Assembly: GCA_964655365.1 (NCBI GenBank)
Contig: CAZZMQ010000005.1
Location: 1 to 35,968, forward strand
From: an uncultured Dehalococcoidia bacterium
GTDB lineage: Bacteria > Chloroflexota > Dehalococcoidia > Bin125
Length of the DNA stretch: 35,968 bases
Direction: 5' to 3'
Shown: piece by piece, positions 10,381-19,152 of the stretch
Layout of the letters: each line of letters begins with the position of its first letter
Numbering within the stretch: the stretch's first letter is position 1
Notes under the pieces: model-generated
The model's database searches: none
The model's input: the letters and a program-made list of their open reading frames with translations, nothing else
Told to the model about the DNA's origin: nothing
Made by a program: the position numbers and the translations under genes

Positions 10381-11440
10381 CGAGCGAACTCGGCGGAACC
10401 GGGGAGTTCGACGACGATCCGAGAGTCGGTCCGGCACTGGAACTACCACCGAAGCCGCGAATCTCGCGGACCTCCTGCTCTAGATCCGACATCTCTCGAC
10501 GCCTCACCTTCTCCTGGAAGGCGAGGAAACGCTCAGCGTCGCGCCTCGAAGCGTCGGTGGCTTCGGTCACAGCGTGGCGCAATTCGGTTAGGGAGCGGTC
10601 GTGCTGCTCGGAGCGGGAACGCATGCGTTCCATCGCGCGGTCGAGTTCGGTAATACGGGCCATCAATGCCTCGTTCTCGCGAGCAATTTCATTAGAGCGC
10701 TCCACAGTAGCGTCCTGTGACAGTCGCACGGCCTCAAACCGCTCTCGCAGAGCGTCGAACTCTTGGGTCGTCTCCCCGCTGCGAACCGCCTCTTCCTGTA
10801 AGCGGCGCACGGAATCCAATACGCCCTCCAGACGTTCGTCGATCGTCGCCAATGCACGATCGATCCGCTGCACCTCCTGAGCCTGATTCCGACCGTCACC
10901 CTGGGCGCGCCGCAACCCTTCGGCACCGGCCGCGATGCGTGAGTCGACGCCGTGCAGATTGATATCAATCTGCTCGAGCCGCTGGCCGACGAGCGCAGTT
11001 TCGTCCTGTAGGCGCCGAACCAGATCCTCAACGGTGTCCTGCTTCTCGCCGATCGTCGCAGAAGATTGCTCAGCGAACTCCGCCCGTCGCCGCAGTTCCC
11101 CGCGTTCATCGCGTTCTGCCTGCATCTCAGCACGCAACTGCCGAGCCAGCAACTCTCGCTGCTCGCTGTCCTGGCCAACAGCGCCTTGCAACCGCTCGAC
11201 GCGCTCACGCAAGATCCGAATCGTCTCTGGCAGGTCGCTGAGCACGCTGATTTGAGCCGCCAATGTGCCGGTGCCCTGTTCACCACGTGCCTGGCCATCG
11301 ATCAGACTCCAGAGATGCGTTTGCGTCTGCTCCGTCTTATCATCCAGCTCGGCTAGCGAAGCCTTAACCCCGCGTAGCTCCGTTTCAAGCCAGTCGAGCA
11401 TGCTCTGAAAGGATTGTGGATCAGGTGATGAGGTGGTCAC
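10373..11440 (-). CDS. Hypothetical long coiled-coil protein
   Basis: 355 aa, rich in E/R/Q/L/A with heptad-like periodicity. It overlaps both neighbours at the stop/start junctions and has no catalytic motif I can recognise. Confidence 0.8.
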   Translation of the reverse strand: MTTSSPDPQSFQSMLDWLETELRGVKASLAELDDKTEQTQTHLWSLIDGQARGEQGTGTLAAQISVLSDLPETIRILRERVERLQGAVGQDSEQRELLARQLRAEMQAERDERGELRRRAEFAEQSSATIGEKQDTVEDLVRRLQDETALVGQRLEQIDINLHGVDSRIAAGAEGLRRAQGDGRNQAQEVQRIDRALATIDERLEGVLDSVRRLQEEAVRSGETTQEFDALRERFEAVRLSQDATVERSNEIARENEALMARITELDRAMERMRSRSEQHDRSLTELRHAVTEATDASRRDAERFLAFQEKVRRREMSDLEQEVREIRGFGGSSSAGPTLGSSSNSPVPPSSLDA

Positions 11441-12759
11441 GAGGCATCCTGCTCGATCCGGATCCGCAGCCCGACATCCCGCACTGAGTCCATCTTGGCG
11501 GCCGCCACGATAAACGCGTTTAGATCATCTTCGCGGGTTTCGTGGGTAGTCAGGACGAGTTCGGCCGTACCGGCCTCCGGATCAGCTTCGACCTGGATGA
11601 GAGAAGCAATGCTGGTCTGATTCTCCGCCAACAGTCGGCCCAGATCAGCCAAGACTCCAGAGCGGTCATGCACCAGCATGCGCAGATAGTACGGCATTCG
11701 CAGGTCCCCAATTGGCACAATGCACGGCGCGGCATCGGTCGGGGGCAGTGAGCGAGGCCGCTGACCAGCGGCGATCCCGTGAGCGACATCCAGCACGTCC
11801 GCCACTACAGCGGATGTAGTGGGACCGGCACCCGCACCTTCTCCTTCAAAGATCGCCCGTCCAACAAGATCACCTTCCACGGCGACCGCGTTGAGCACGC
11901 CGTCGATGCGCGCCAGGGGCTCCGCCAGCGGAATGCGCGCGGGGTGAACCCGCGCATCGATCGCGCCGTGCTCGGTCCGCCGAGCCGTCGCCAGCAGCCG
12001 GATCACGTAGCCGAGGTCCGCAGCGTAACGAAAGTCGCGAGGGGTCAACAGGGTGATCCCCTCGTGGTAGATATCGTCCGGCGCAACCGTGGTATGAAAC
12101 GCAAGAGAGGCAAGAATGGCAAGCTTGTAGGCGGCGTCTACACCTTCCACGTCGTTGGTTGGGTCGGCCTCCGCGTAACCCCGGCTCTGGGCTTCGACCA
12201 GAGCTTCATCGTAAGAAACCTTGTCTTGCGCCATCTCGGTCAACATAAAGTTAGTGGTGCCGTTGACGATGCCTTGGATGCGCCGGATCTCGTTGGCTTG
12301 CAAGTCACGCTTGAGCGGCGAGATGATCGGGATGCCGCCACCCACACTCGCTTCGTACTGCAACTCCGCGCCCTGCGTCTGGGCAATCGCAAGCAACTCC
12401 GGCCCGTGCTTCGCCATGATCTCCTTATTCGCGGTCACCACATGCTTCCCGGCCGAGAGCGCGGCACGGATACAATCGAGCGCGGGCTGCTCACCACCCA
12501 TCAATTCCACCACGATCTCAATCTCGGGCGCCACAGCAACGGCAAGTGGATCGTCACACAGCAACGCTGACTCGACTTTGACATCGCGCTGGCGGCTAAC
12601 ATCGCGCACGGCGATCCGGCGTACTTCAAGGGCGCGACCCCCGCGGCGCATATAGGTGGCGGCGCGCGAGTACAGCGCCTCATAGACTCCCTGTCCCACA
12701 ACGCCAAGGCCTAGGAGGCCAACGCCGATCGCTGGAACCACGTTCGCGTCCTGCGCCAC
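11437..12759 (-). CDS. hom: Homoserine dehydrogenase with C-terminal ACT domain
   Basis: GLGVVG, VVTANK, YEASVGGGIP, NGTTN, GYAEADPTNDVEG.DAAYK, GAGAGPT, and ACT segment DRSGVLA. Confidence 0.97.
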   Translation of the reverse strand: MAQDANVVPAIGVGLLGLGVVGQGVYEALYSRAATYMRRGGRALEVRRIAVRDVSRQRDVKVESALLCDDPLAVAVAPEIEIVVELMGGEQPALDCIRAALSAGKHVVTANKEIMAKHGPELLAIAQTQGAELQYEASVGGGIPIISPLKRDLQANEIRRIQGIVNGTTNFMLTEMAQDKVSYDEALVEAQSRGYAEADPTNDVEGVDAAYKLAILASLAFHTTVAPDDIYHEGITLLTPRDFRYAADLGYVIRLLATARRTEHGAIDARVHPARIPLAEPLARIDGVLNAVAVEGDLVGRAIFEGEGAGAGPTTSAVVADVLDVAHGIAAGQRPRSLPPTDAAPCIVPIGDLRMPYYLRMLVHDRSGVLADLGRLLAENQTSIASLIQVEADPEAGTAELVLTTHETREDDLNAFIVAAAKMDSVRDVGLRIRIEQDAS

Positions 12760-12770
12760 GCCGACCTCCG

Positions 12771-13631
12771 CTAATCCTCGCTGCCAGCTTCAACCTGGGG
12801 AGACTCAGACTCCGCGCTTGGCATGTCATCCGCCACATCCGCGTCCGTGCCAGTAAGGACCTCGGGAGGCGTCCCGGACTGCGCGACGGGGGTCGTCTCC
12901 GTAGCCGCCGCCACCGCGGTCGCAGCTTCCGCGCTGGACGAAGCGGCCGGCGTGGATGTCGTAGTCGTAGAGTCGCTACGTGGAACAGTCGGAGCGGCGG
13001 CGCTCGGAGCTTCCTCCTCGCCGCTAGCTGCGGGCACGGGACGCGGCTCGACACGCGTGGCTCGCATCGATTGACGAAAATGCGAGGTCTGTCGCATGTG
13101 CTCAGCTGTGTAGGGCAGCAAAGCCAGGTGACGAGCGCGCTTGATGGCCCGGGTCAGCTTGCGTTGGTCCTTAGCGATCAACCCTGTCTTGCGGCGTGGG
13201 TCAATCTTGCCACGCTCGGAGATCAAACGTCGCAGCTTGTCGACGTCTTTGTAGTCGATGTTGAGCACTTCCTTGGGTGGGAAGATAGGCGCCTTGCGAC
13301 GTCCCCGGCGGCGGCGAGTGCGCTCGATCACACGCGGGATTCCGTCCGTCGGGCCAGAGGTGATGCTGGAAGGGGTCGTCTGAGCATTCGGGGCCTCAGT
13401 TGAGGGCGTGGACACCGAGGGGTCGACCGCAGGAACGGAAGTCGCTGGCGCAGCGGTCGTAGCGGGTGTCGTCGTAGCTGAGGCAATCGGGGCAGCTGGC
13501 TCTACTCGTGGTTCGGGAACGGTGGTCGGCGGCGCGGCGGTGGGTTCGGCCGGCTCCGGCGTAGCTTCTGTCGTCGTCACCGACTCAGGAGTCGATGCTG
13601 GTGGGATCTGATCGTTGTTGTCTGTCGTCAT
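12771..13631 (-). CDS. rpsR: 30S ribosomal protein S18 with long N- and C-terminal low-complexity extensions
   Basis: Core [25 protein letters not shown]....[19 protein letters not shown]. Start ATG 13631 (MTTDNNDQ) follows GGAG; rpsF-ssb-rpsR order. Confidence 0.92.
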   Translation of the reverse strand: MTTDNNDQIPPASTPESVTTTEATPEPAEPTAAPPTTVPEPRVEPAAPIASATTTPATTAAPATSVPAVDPSVSTPSTEAPNAQTTPSSITSGPTDGIPRVIERTRRRRGRRKAPIFPPKEVLNIDYKDVDKLRRLISERGKIDPRRKTGLIAKDQRKLTRAIKRARHLALLPYTAEHMRQTSHFRQSMRATRVEPRPVPAASGEEEAPSAAAPTVPRSDSTTTTSTPAASSSAEAATAVAAATETTPVAQSGTPPEVLTGTDADVADDMPSAESESPQVEAGSED

Positions 13632-13653
13632 TCGATTCTCCGTTCGGGTCTTC

Positions 13654-14109
13654 TTACTCGAAGGGCAAGTCGTCAGGGTCAATGTCCGGTCCAGCCGGGC
13701 CGTCGCCGCCGCTGGTCCCAGCGGCGGGGGTGGCAAAATCGCCATCGGGGCCAGCGTCGAACTCGCCACCGCCCGAGCCGCGACGATCAAGGAACTGCAC
13801 GTCGTTGGCGACGACCTCCGTCGTATAGCGACGCTGGCCTTCACGATCTTCCCACTGGCGGGTCTGCAACCGACCTTCCAGATAAATCTGACTGCCCTTC
13901 GTGAGATATTGGCTTGTGGTCTCAGCCAGCCGCGCCCAAGCAACGCAGCGAACCCATTCTGTTTCCTCGCGACGTTCTCCGTCTCGCGTCTGGTAGCGAC
14001 GGTTAACTGCCACATTGAACGTGGCCACAGCCTGGCCGCTCGCGGTAAACCGCATTTCGGGATCCGCGCCTAGATTGCCAATAATCTGAACTTTGTTCAG
14101 GCTTCCCAT
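13654..14109 (-). CDS. ssb: Single-stranded DNA-binding protein
   Basis: [24 protein letters not shown] and C-terminal DDLPF. Confidence 0.98.
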   Translation of the reverse strand: MGSLNKVQIIGNLGADPEMRFTASGQAVATFNVAVNRRYQTRDGERREETEWVRCVAWARLAETTSQYLTKGSQIYLEGRLQTRQWEDREGQRRYTTEVVANDVQFLDRRGSGGGEFDAGPDGDFATPAAGTSGGDGPAGPDIDPDDLPFE

Positions 14110-14129
14110 GTCACCCTCCTGCGCGCGTC

Positions 14130-14423
14130 CTAGTCATCCTTGCGAATAATTAGATAGCGCAAGACTGATTCGTCGATGTTGAGCTCGCGCTCGATCTCCT
14201 GATTGCCCGTGCCGCCTTCGGCAGCAAACTCCGTGATTAAATAATGACCCTCAAAGTTCCCTTTGATCGGATAGGCCAATCTTCGCCGTCCCCAATCGAT
14301 GGACTCCGCCACGGTACCGCCGTGCTCGCTAACCAGAGTCGCAAGGTGGGACAGCCGATCCGGCACTTCCTCCTCTGTTAGATCGGAGTGAAGAACCACC
14401 ACCATCTCGTAATCGCGTGCCAT
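14130..14423 (-). CDS. rpsF: 30S ribosomal protein S6
   Basis: MARDYE, WGRRRLAYPI, GHY and VLRYLI. GGAGG lies upstream of ATG 14423. Confidence 0.96.
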   Translation of the reverse strand: MARDYEMVVVLHSDLTEEEVPDRLSHLATLVSEHGGTVAESIDWGRRRLAYPIKGNFEGHYLITEFAAEGGTGNQEIERELNIDESVLRYLIIRKDD

Positions 14424-14484
14424 CGTGCCTCCATCGACCTCGCCCACGCCAGCTGCGTAGTGCGAGGATCCTTCTGCTTGGTGG

Positions 14485-15747
14485 TTAGCGATCGATGCCG
14501 GGAACCGGGAAGGCTGCCGCCAGGTCGGCAACTTCTGCCCGCACTGCCCCACGCACCGATTCATTCTCAATTTCGTCCAAAACCCGACCGATCCAGATCG
14601 CAATCTGCCCCATCTCGCCCGAACCCATTCCACGTGTCGTCAGGGCGGGCGTTCCGATCCGGATTCCACTAGTCACCGTCGGCTTCTGCTCATCAACCGG
14701 GATCGTATTTTTGTTAACCGTGATCCCGGCATCATCGAGGGCACCCTCAACCGCCTTGCCCGTCAGCCCCTTGACCCCGACATCGATGACAAGGAGGTGA
14801 CTGTCCGTGCCACCCGAAACTAACCGCAGTCCGACACTCAGCAACCCCTCGGCCAGGGCGCGGGAATTTTCGATGATCGCCTCGCCGTAGGACCGAAACT
14901 CCGGCGTGCCCGCTTCCGCAAACGCAACCGCCTTAGCCGCGATCGTGTGCATATGCGGACCGCCCGAGGTACCAGGGAAGACAGCGCGATCGACTTTCGT
15001 CGCATAATCCTCCCGAGCCAGGAGGAACGCTGAGCGCGGCCCGCGCAAAGTCTTGTGAGTTGTTGAGGTCACGATATCGGCGTGCGGCACTGGCGACGGG
15101 TACACCCCCGCTGCTACCAGGCCAGCCACATGAGCCATATCGACCATTAGCACAGCGCCGGTCTCTTCAGCGATCTCGGCACTGCGAGCAAAGTCGTACT
15201 GGCGCGGGTAGGCCGTTGCGCCCACCAAGATCAGCTTGGGCTTGTGCTCGCGCGCCTGGGCCAGCATGGCGTCGTAGTCAATCTGCTCGGTCTCGCGCTC
15301 CACACCGTAGCTAACAAAGTTGAACCATCTACCAGAAAAGTTAACCCGCAACCCGTGGGTGAGATGCCCGCCATGATCGAGGGCCATCCCCAGCGCGGTG
15401 TCGCCCGGCTGCATCAAGGCATAGTAGGCGGCCAGGTTAGCGGCGGAGCCGGAATGCGGCTGGACGTTCGCGTGCTGCGCGCCGAACAGCCCTTTAGCCC
15501 GTTCGATCGCGACCGTCTCCACCTCGTCAGCGAACTCGCAGCCGCCATAATAACGCTTGCCGGGGTAACCTTCGGCATACTTGTTAGTGAGAATCGATCC
15601 CATCGCCTCGAGCACAGCTCTGCTCGTGTAATTCTCGGACGCGATCATCTCGAGCGAACCGCACTGTCGCTGCTTTTCACGATCGATCCAGGCAGCGATT
15701 TCGGGATCTTGATCCGACAGATCGCCGGATCGGGCAATTTGCACCAC
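14485..15747 (-). CDS. glyA: Serine hydroxymethyltransferase
   Basis: [43 protein letters not shown] and SGIRIGT. Start is probably GTG near 15747 after GAGGG (ATG 15765 is an alternative). Confidence 0.97.
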   Translation of the reverse strand: MVQIARSGDLSDQDPEIAAWIDREKQRQCGSLEMIASENYTSRAVLEAMGSILTNKYAEGYPGKRYYGGCEFADEVETVAIERAKGLFGAQHANVQPHSGSAANLAAYYALMQPGDTALGMALDHGGHLTHGLRVNFSGRWFNFVSYGVERETEQIDYDAMLAQAREHKPKLILVGATAYPRQYDFARSAEIAEETGAVLMVDMAHVAGLVAAGVYPSPVPHADIVTSTTHKTLRGPRSAFLLAREDYATKVDRAVFPGTSGGPHMHTIAAKAVAFAEAGTPEFRSYGEAIIENSRALAEGLLSVGLRLVSGGTDSHLLVIDVGVKGLTGKAVEGALDDAGITVNKNTIPVDEQKPTVTSGIRIGTPALTTRGMGSGEMGQIAIWIGRVLDEIENESVRGAVRAEVADLAAAFPVPGIDR

Positions 15748-15890
15748 GTAAATTCCCTCATCCATGAGTACGCCAGTCGGCGCAGGCCACGTCGACGCAA
15801 ATACGCCGAGCATGACCGACATGAGGCGCACCCATCGTGTCACAGCAAGCAGCGCACGTACAGCCGGGACATACACATCCCCCCTACACG

Positions 15891-17039
15891 TCAGTCTTCG
15901 TTCAGCTCGCTACCTCCCTGCGCAGCTTCCCAGTGTGCCCAAGCCACATCGATCAGAGCCAACAGTCCACCACTGACCAACGAATGGCCGCCTAAGACAA
16001 ATGGCACCCGCGACTCAACAGTAGCCCGCGTGAAGGCGCGTAGTTCCGCATGCGCAACCGACTCCCAATCACCTACATCGCTGGCGAATCGATCCGCGCG
16101 TGACGGTTGCCACTGCAGGTGGGCGAACAGCGGCCGTGTATCGAGGAAGACCGCGTCGCTCAGGTCCGCCAAAGATTCAACTAGCCGTTCCGGGCCCACG
16201 GCACCTAGATGGAATCCCAGCAGACTGCGCGCATGGCCGTCGGGCCGGCTGCGTAGGACGCGCTCCTCCGAAACGACGCGCACGCGCGCCGCCGTCTCGC
16301 TCTCCAGCGCCTCCCAGACCGCGCTGCCCACACGCCCAATCACCAACACATCCGTCCCACGCTCTGTCAGTAATCCACTTGCCACATCCAGGTCGCTTGG
16401 GGCGTTTACCGGATCCACTCCGCCCGTCGCTATCCCTGCCGACAACACCTGCACCAACGCGCCACCAATCACAAAATGTGGCACCTCCCGACAGAGGGCA
16501 AGCACCGCCAGGTCTGCCGGAGTATCAATGTCCAGGAGAACCGAGGCCGATCGGGGCAAAACCGCAACGTCGATCTCGGCCTTATCGCGCAGGTGAAGGC
16601 CTAACCCGTTGTCGCTGAGCTCGTCCGGTATGTCCCGTAAAGCTTGAGGTATTCCCGTTGCAATCACGTCGCTGGAATGGAGGTTGTTGGCGACTGTCTC
16701 CCCCGCCGCGATCCTGCCACGCAAAACGCTCCAATCGTCCGCCGTCATCAGTGGCATGCCGCTACCGGCGTAACAGAGGCCGGTCGCCATCGAGCCCGCG
16801 AGGAACGACTTGAGCCGGACCCCAAACGGCTGACGACTCGAGTCGACGGCGACCTCCACACCGTCCAGGCCAGCGAGTGCCGTTTCATCCGTCGTCATGA
16901 CGACGACCTGATCGAAACCCGCCTCAAGAGCGGACTGCGCCGCATCGCGGACGGTTGCCACTCGGGCAGCATCGACGAGCCGCTCGAGCTCAGTGTCACC
17001 TTCCGCGTGGTGCATCAGAAGGAACGTGAAACCTGCCAT
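15891..17039 (-). CDS. Hypothetical protein with a CofC/MobA-like nucleotidyltransferase-fold N-terminal region and an uncharacterised C-terminal domain
   Basis: [18 protein letters not shown] and [10 protein letters not shown] resemble CofC/MobA-type motifs. Start ATG 17039 (MAGFTF). Confidence 0.6.
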   Translation of the reverse strand: MAGFTFLLMHHAEGDTELERLVDAARVATVRDAAQSALEAGFDQVVVMTTDETALAGLDGVEVAVDSSRQPFGVRLKSFLAGSMATGLCYAGSGMPLMTADDWSVLRGRIAAGETVANNLHSSDVIATGIPQALRDIPDELSDNGLGLHLRDKAEIDVAVLPRSASVLLDIDTPADLAVLALCREVPHFVIGGALVQVLSAGIATGGVDPVNAPSDLDVASGLLTERGTDVLVIGRVGSAVWEALESETAARVRVVSEERVLRSRPDGHARSLLGFHLGAVGPERLVESLADLSDAVFLDTRPLFAHLQWQPSRADRFASDVGDWESVAHAELRAFTRATVESRVPFVLGGHSLVSGGLLALIDVAWAHWEAAQGGSELNED

Positions 17040-17079
17040 CGTGTTCGCTCTCTGATCTTGTGGGAGCGACCGCGGGGCA

Positions 17080-18057
17080 TCAGGGCTGGAGCGGCTCGCG
17101 CACCTGCTCAAGGCGAACCTGCTCTTCGAAAGCCGCCACCGTGGATGCCTCGCCGACCATCGTTCCCGGCGTAATAATGGTGGCCCGTCCAGCCGCGATC
17201 CCTCGTCGCAGGGCATCCTCGAAAGGACCTCCCGCCGCCAGGATTTGGATCACGCCAGCCAGGGTTGCGTCGGTCCAACCAACCTCGCGCAGCACAGTCG
17301 CAGTAGGTACCGTGGGTGGAGTCACGCGCCAAGCACCATCGGCACTGACTGCCCATGCCGGGCCATCACGGGGGGTCAGGAAGATCCGGCCTACGCCTTC
17401 CTTACGCAACACTTCAAGCGCGTCCAGGTAGTCATCGTCGGATTCAAATTCCCTGTCCGCCAACTCCTCTAAAGTGGCAGGGCTAAGGCGAACCAGATCA
17501 GGGTTGGCACTCAACCCAGCACGCAGCGCGTCGCCTTCGCTGTCGAGCGCGGCATGGAGGCCGGCAGTGTGCGCGTCACGAATCAGATCAGCGTAGATCG
17601 ACGGTTCCAGGGGCGGCGGCAAACTGCCGCCGACGACAAGCCATCCGGTCGGCGCGTAGTGCGCACGCAACCGCTCTCGCAGTTCCTCAGCCAGCGCCGG
17701 GTCCGTCTCCGGTCCTGCGTTGTGAATCGTTGTCGCGACGTGGTGCTTCGCGTCGATCAGGGTCAGGTTCGTTCGCGTCTCACCGACCGTTGGTACGAAA
17801 TCGACCGCGATTCCGTCGCGCGTTAACTCCGTCTCAATGAAACGCCCCACGGAGCCAGGTGCCAGTCCTGTCGCGATGCTGTCGACGCCGAGCTCTTTCA
17901 ATGCCTGGGAGACATTGATGCCCTTGCCACCCGGATCGAGTCGCGCCTCTGTAACACGGTTCGTCTCTCCCACAGAAAACTCGTCCACGACCAGTGTTTG
18001 GTCGATCGCGGGATTGAGCGTGACAGTGACGATCGGCCCAGGCACAGACGTCTCCAT
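17080..18057 (-). CDS. 1-phosphofructokinase/LacC-like PfkB family protein with atypical catalytic motifs
   Basis: IVTVTLNPAID, PGGKGINVS, ETRTN, GSLPP and LDSEG. Confidence 0.88.
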   Translation of the reverse strand: METSVPGPIVTVTLNPAIDQTLVVDEFSVGETNRVTEARLDPGGKGINVSQALKELGVDSIATGLAPGSVGRFIETELTRDGIAVDFVPTVGETRTNLTLIDAKHHVATTIHNAGPETDPALAEELRERLRAHYAPTGWLVVGGSLPPPLEPSIYADLIRDAHTAGLHAALDSEGDALRAGLSANPDLVRLSPATLEELADREFESDDDYLDALEVLRKEGVGRIFLTPRDGPAWAVSADGAWRVTPPTVPTATVLREVGWTDATLAGVIQILAAGGPFEDALRRGIAAGRATIITPGTMVGEASTVAAFEEQVRLEQVREPLQP

Positions 18058-18420
18058 AGGATGCAGCCAAATCGGCGTCGCAAGACGGCAACCCTACCAA
18101 TTCCGGCCCGTTGTGTCCGAATCATTCCTCGCGAACAAGCGCCTAAGCGGCGCTCGATAGCGTAGCGCCCACAGCAGTACTGATAACGAGGGCGGCTGGC
18201 TGGCTGGCTGCGTTCGGCGCCGAAAACGTCACGTACGTTGGTTTGGTATACCTGCAAATCAGCCTGGCGCAGGTGCTGTTAGATGCTTGAGTGCCCGATC
18301 CAAATTTCCAACACAAATGGCCATTCGAGTTACGCCACAGCACGACTGGACTGCCTCACCCTTGAGTGTGGGTACCAGAACTCGGATCGGTGCGGCGCTC
18401 CCCCGGTATCGCGGCCGGGA

Positions 18421-18426
18421 TACACT
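18421..18426 (+). promoter_or_regulatory. -10 element directly ahead of the moaD-moaE start, probably a leaderless mRNA
   Basis: TACACT-gaccac-ATG with no Shine-Dalgarno sequence. Confidence 0.45.
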
Positions 18427-18432
18427 GACCAC

Positions 18433-19152
18433 ATGAATCTCACAGTGCAACTCTTCGCCAGCCTCGCCCAAACAACCGGCCAACGCTCTGTCCTACTCGA
18501 GGATCTGCCCGACATCACAACCGCCGACGAGATCAGCGCAGCAGTCTTCCAGCGCTTCCCGCAGCTCGCCGAGCTACGGGAGTCCGTCATCGTCGCCGTC
18601 AACGAGGAATATGTACGCGGCACATTCCCTATCCGAGCCTGCGACGAGGTAGCCCTAATCCCACCCGTCAGCGGCGGTGCTCCCAACAACGAGCGTTTTA
18701 AGATCACCGCCGACGTACTCAATATCGAGGCGCTTCACGAGCTGGTCCGTACACCCGCCGCGGGAGCTGTCTCGCTCTTCGTCGGGGTAGTGCGTGAGAA
18801 CAACTTGGGTCGCGATGTCGACTACCTGGAATACGAAGCGTACCCGCCGATGGCAGTCAAAAAGATGCGCGAGATCGCCGGGGACCTACACAGCCGTTGG
18901 GAGATTACCGACGTGGCTATGCATCACCGCACTGGGCGGCTGGAGATCGGTGAAGCCAGTGTTGTGATCGCGGTCGCATCAGCCCACCGCAAGGCGAGCC
19001 TAGAAGCCTGCCACTATGCAATCGACCGCCTCAAGCAAATCGTCCCTATCTGGAAGAAAGAAGTCTGGACGGACGGTGAGCATTGGATCGAAGGCAGCCT
19101 CACGCCGCATGACGAAGCGGCACCCGCTCCTGATTCCATGAAATCCGAATAG
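18433..19152 (+). CDS. Fused molybdopterin synthase MoaD-MoaE (MoaX-like)
   Basis: MoaD part: LFASLA...VAVNEEY...DEVALIPPVSGG. MoaE part: GAVSLFVGVVR, LEYEAYPPMA, HRTGRLEIGE, LKQIVPIWKKE. Confidence 0.93.
   Translation: MNLTVQLFASLAQTTGQRSVLLEDLPDITTADEISAAVFQRFPQLAELRESVIVAVNEEYVRGTFPIRACDEVALIPPVSGGAPNNERFKITADVLNIEALHELVRTPAAGAVSLFVGVVRENNLGRDVDYLEYEAYPPMAVKKMREIAGDLHSRWEITDVAMHHRTGRLEIGEASVVIAVASAHRKASLEACHYAIDRLKQIVPIWKKEVWTDGEHWIEGSLTPHDEAAPAPDSMKSE

Noticed and set aside
12771-14015. 414-aa version of the S18 ORF
   Set aside because: The extra 5' part overlaps ssb in another frame. ATG 13631 has its own RBS.
15735-15790. Possible ZTP (pfl) riboswitch before glyA (CGACTGGCG...GGGAA)
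   Set aside because: The downstream CGYCUGGGC pseudoknot hairpin is missing and the segment runs into the RBS/start.
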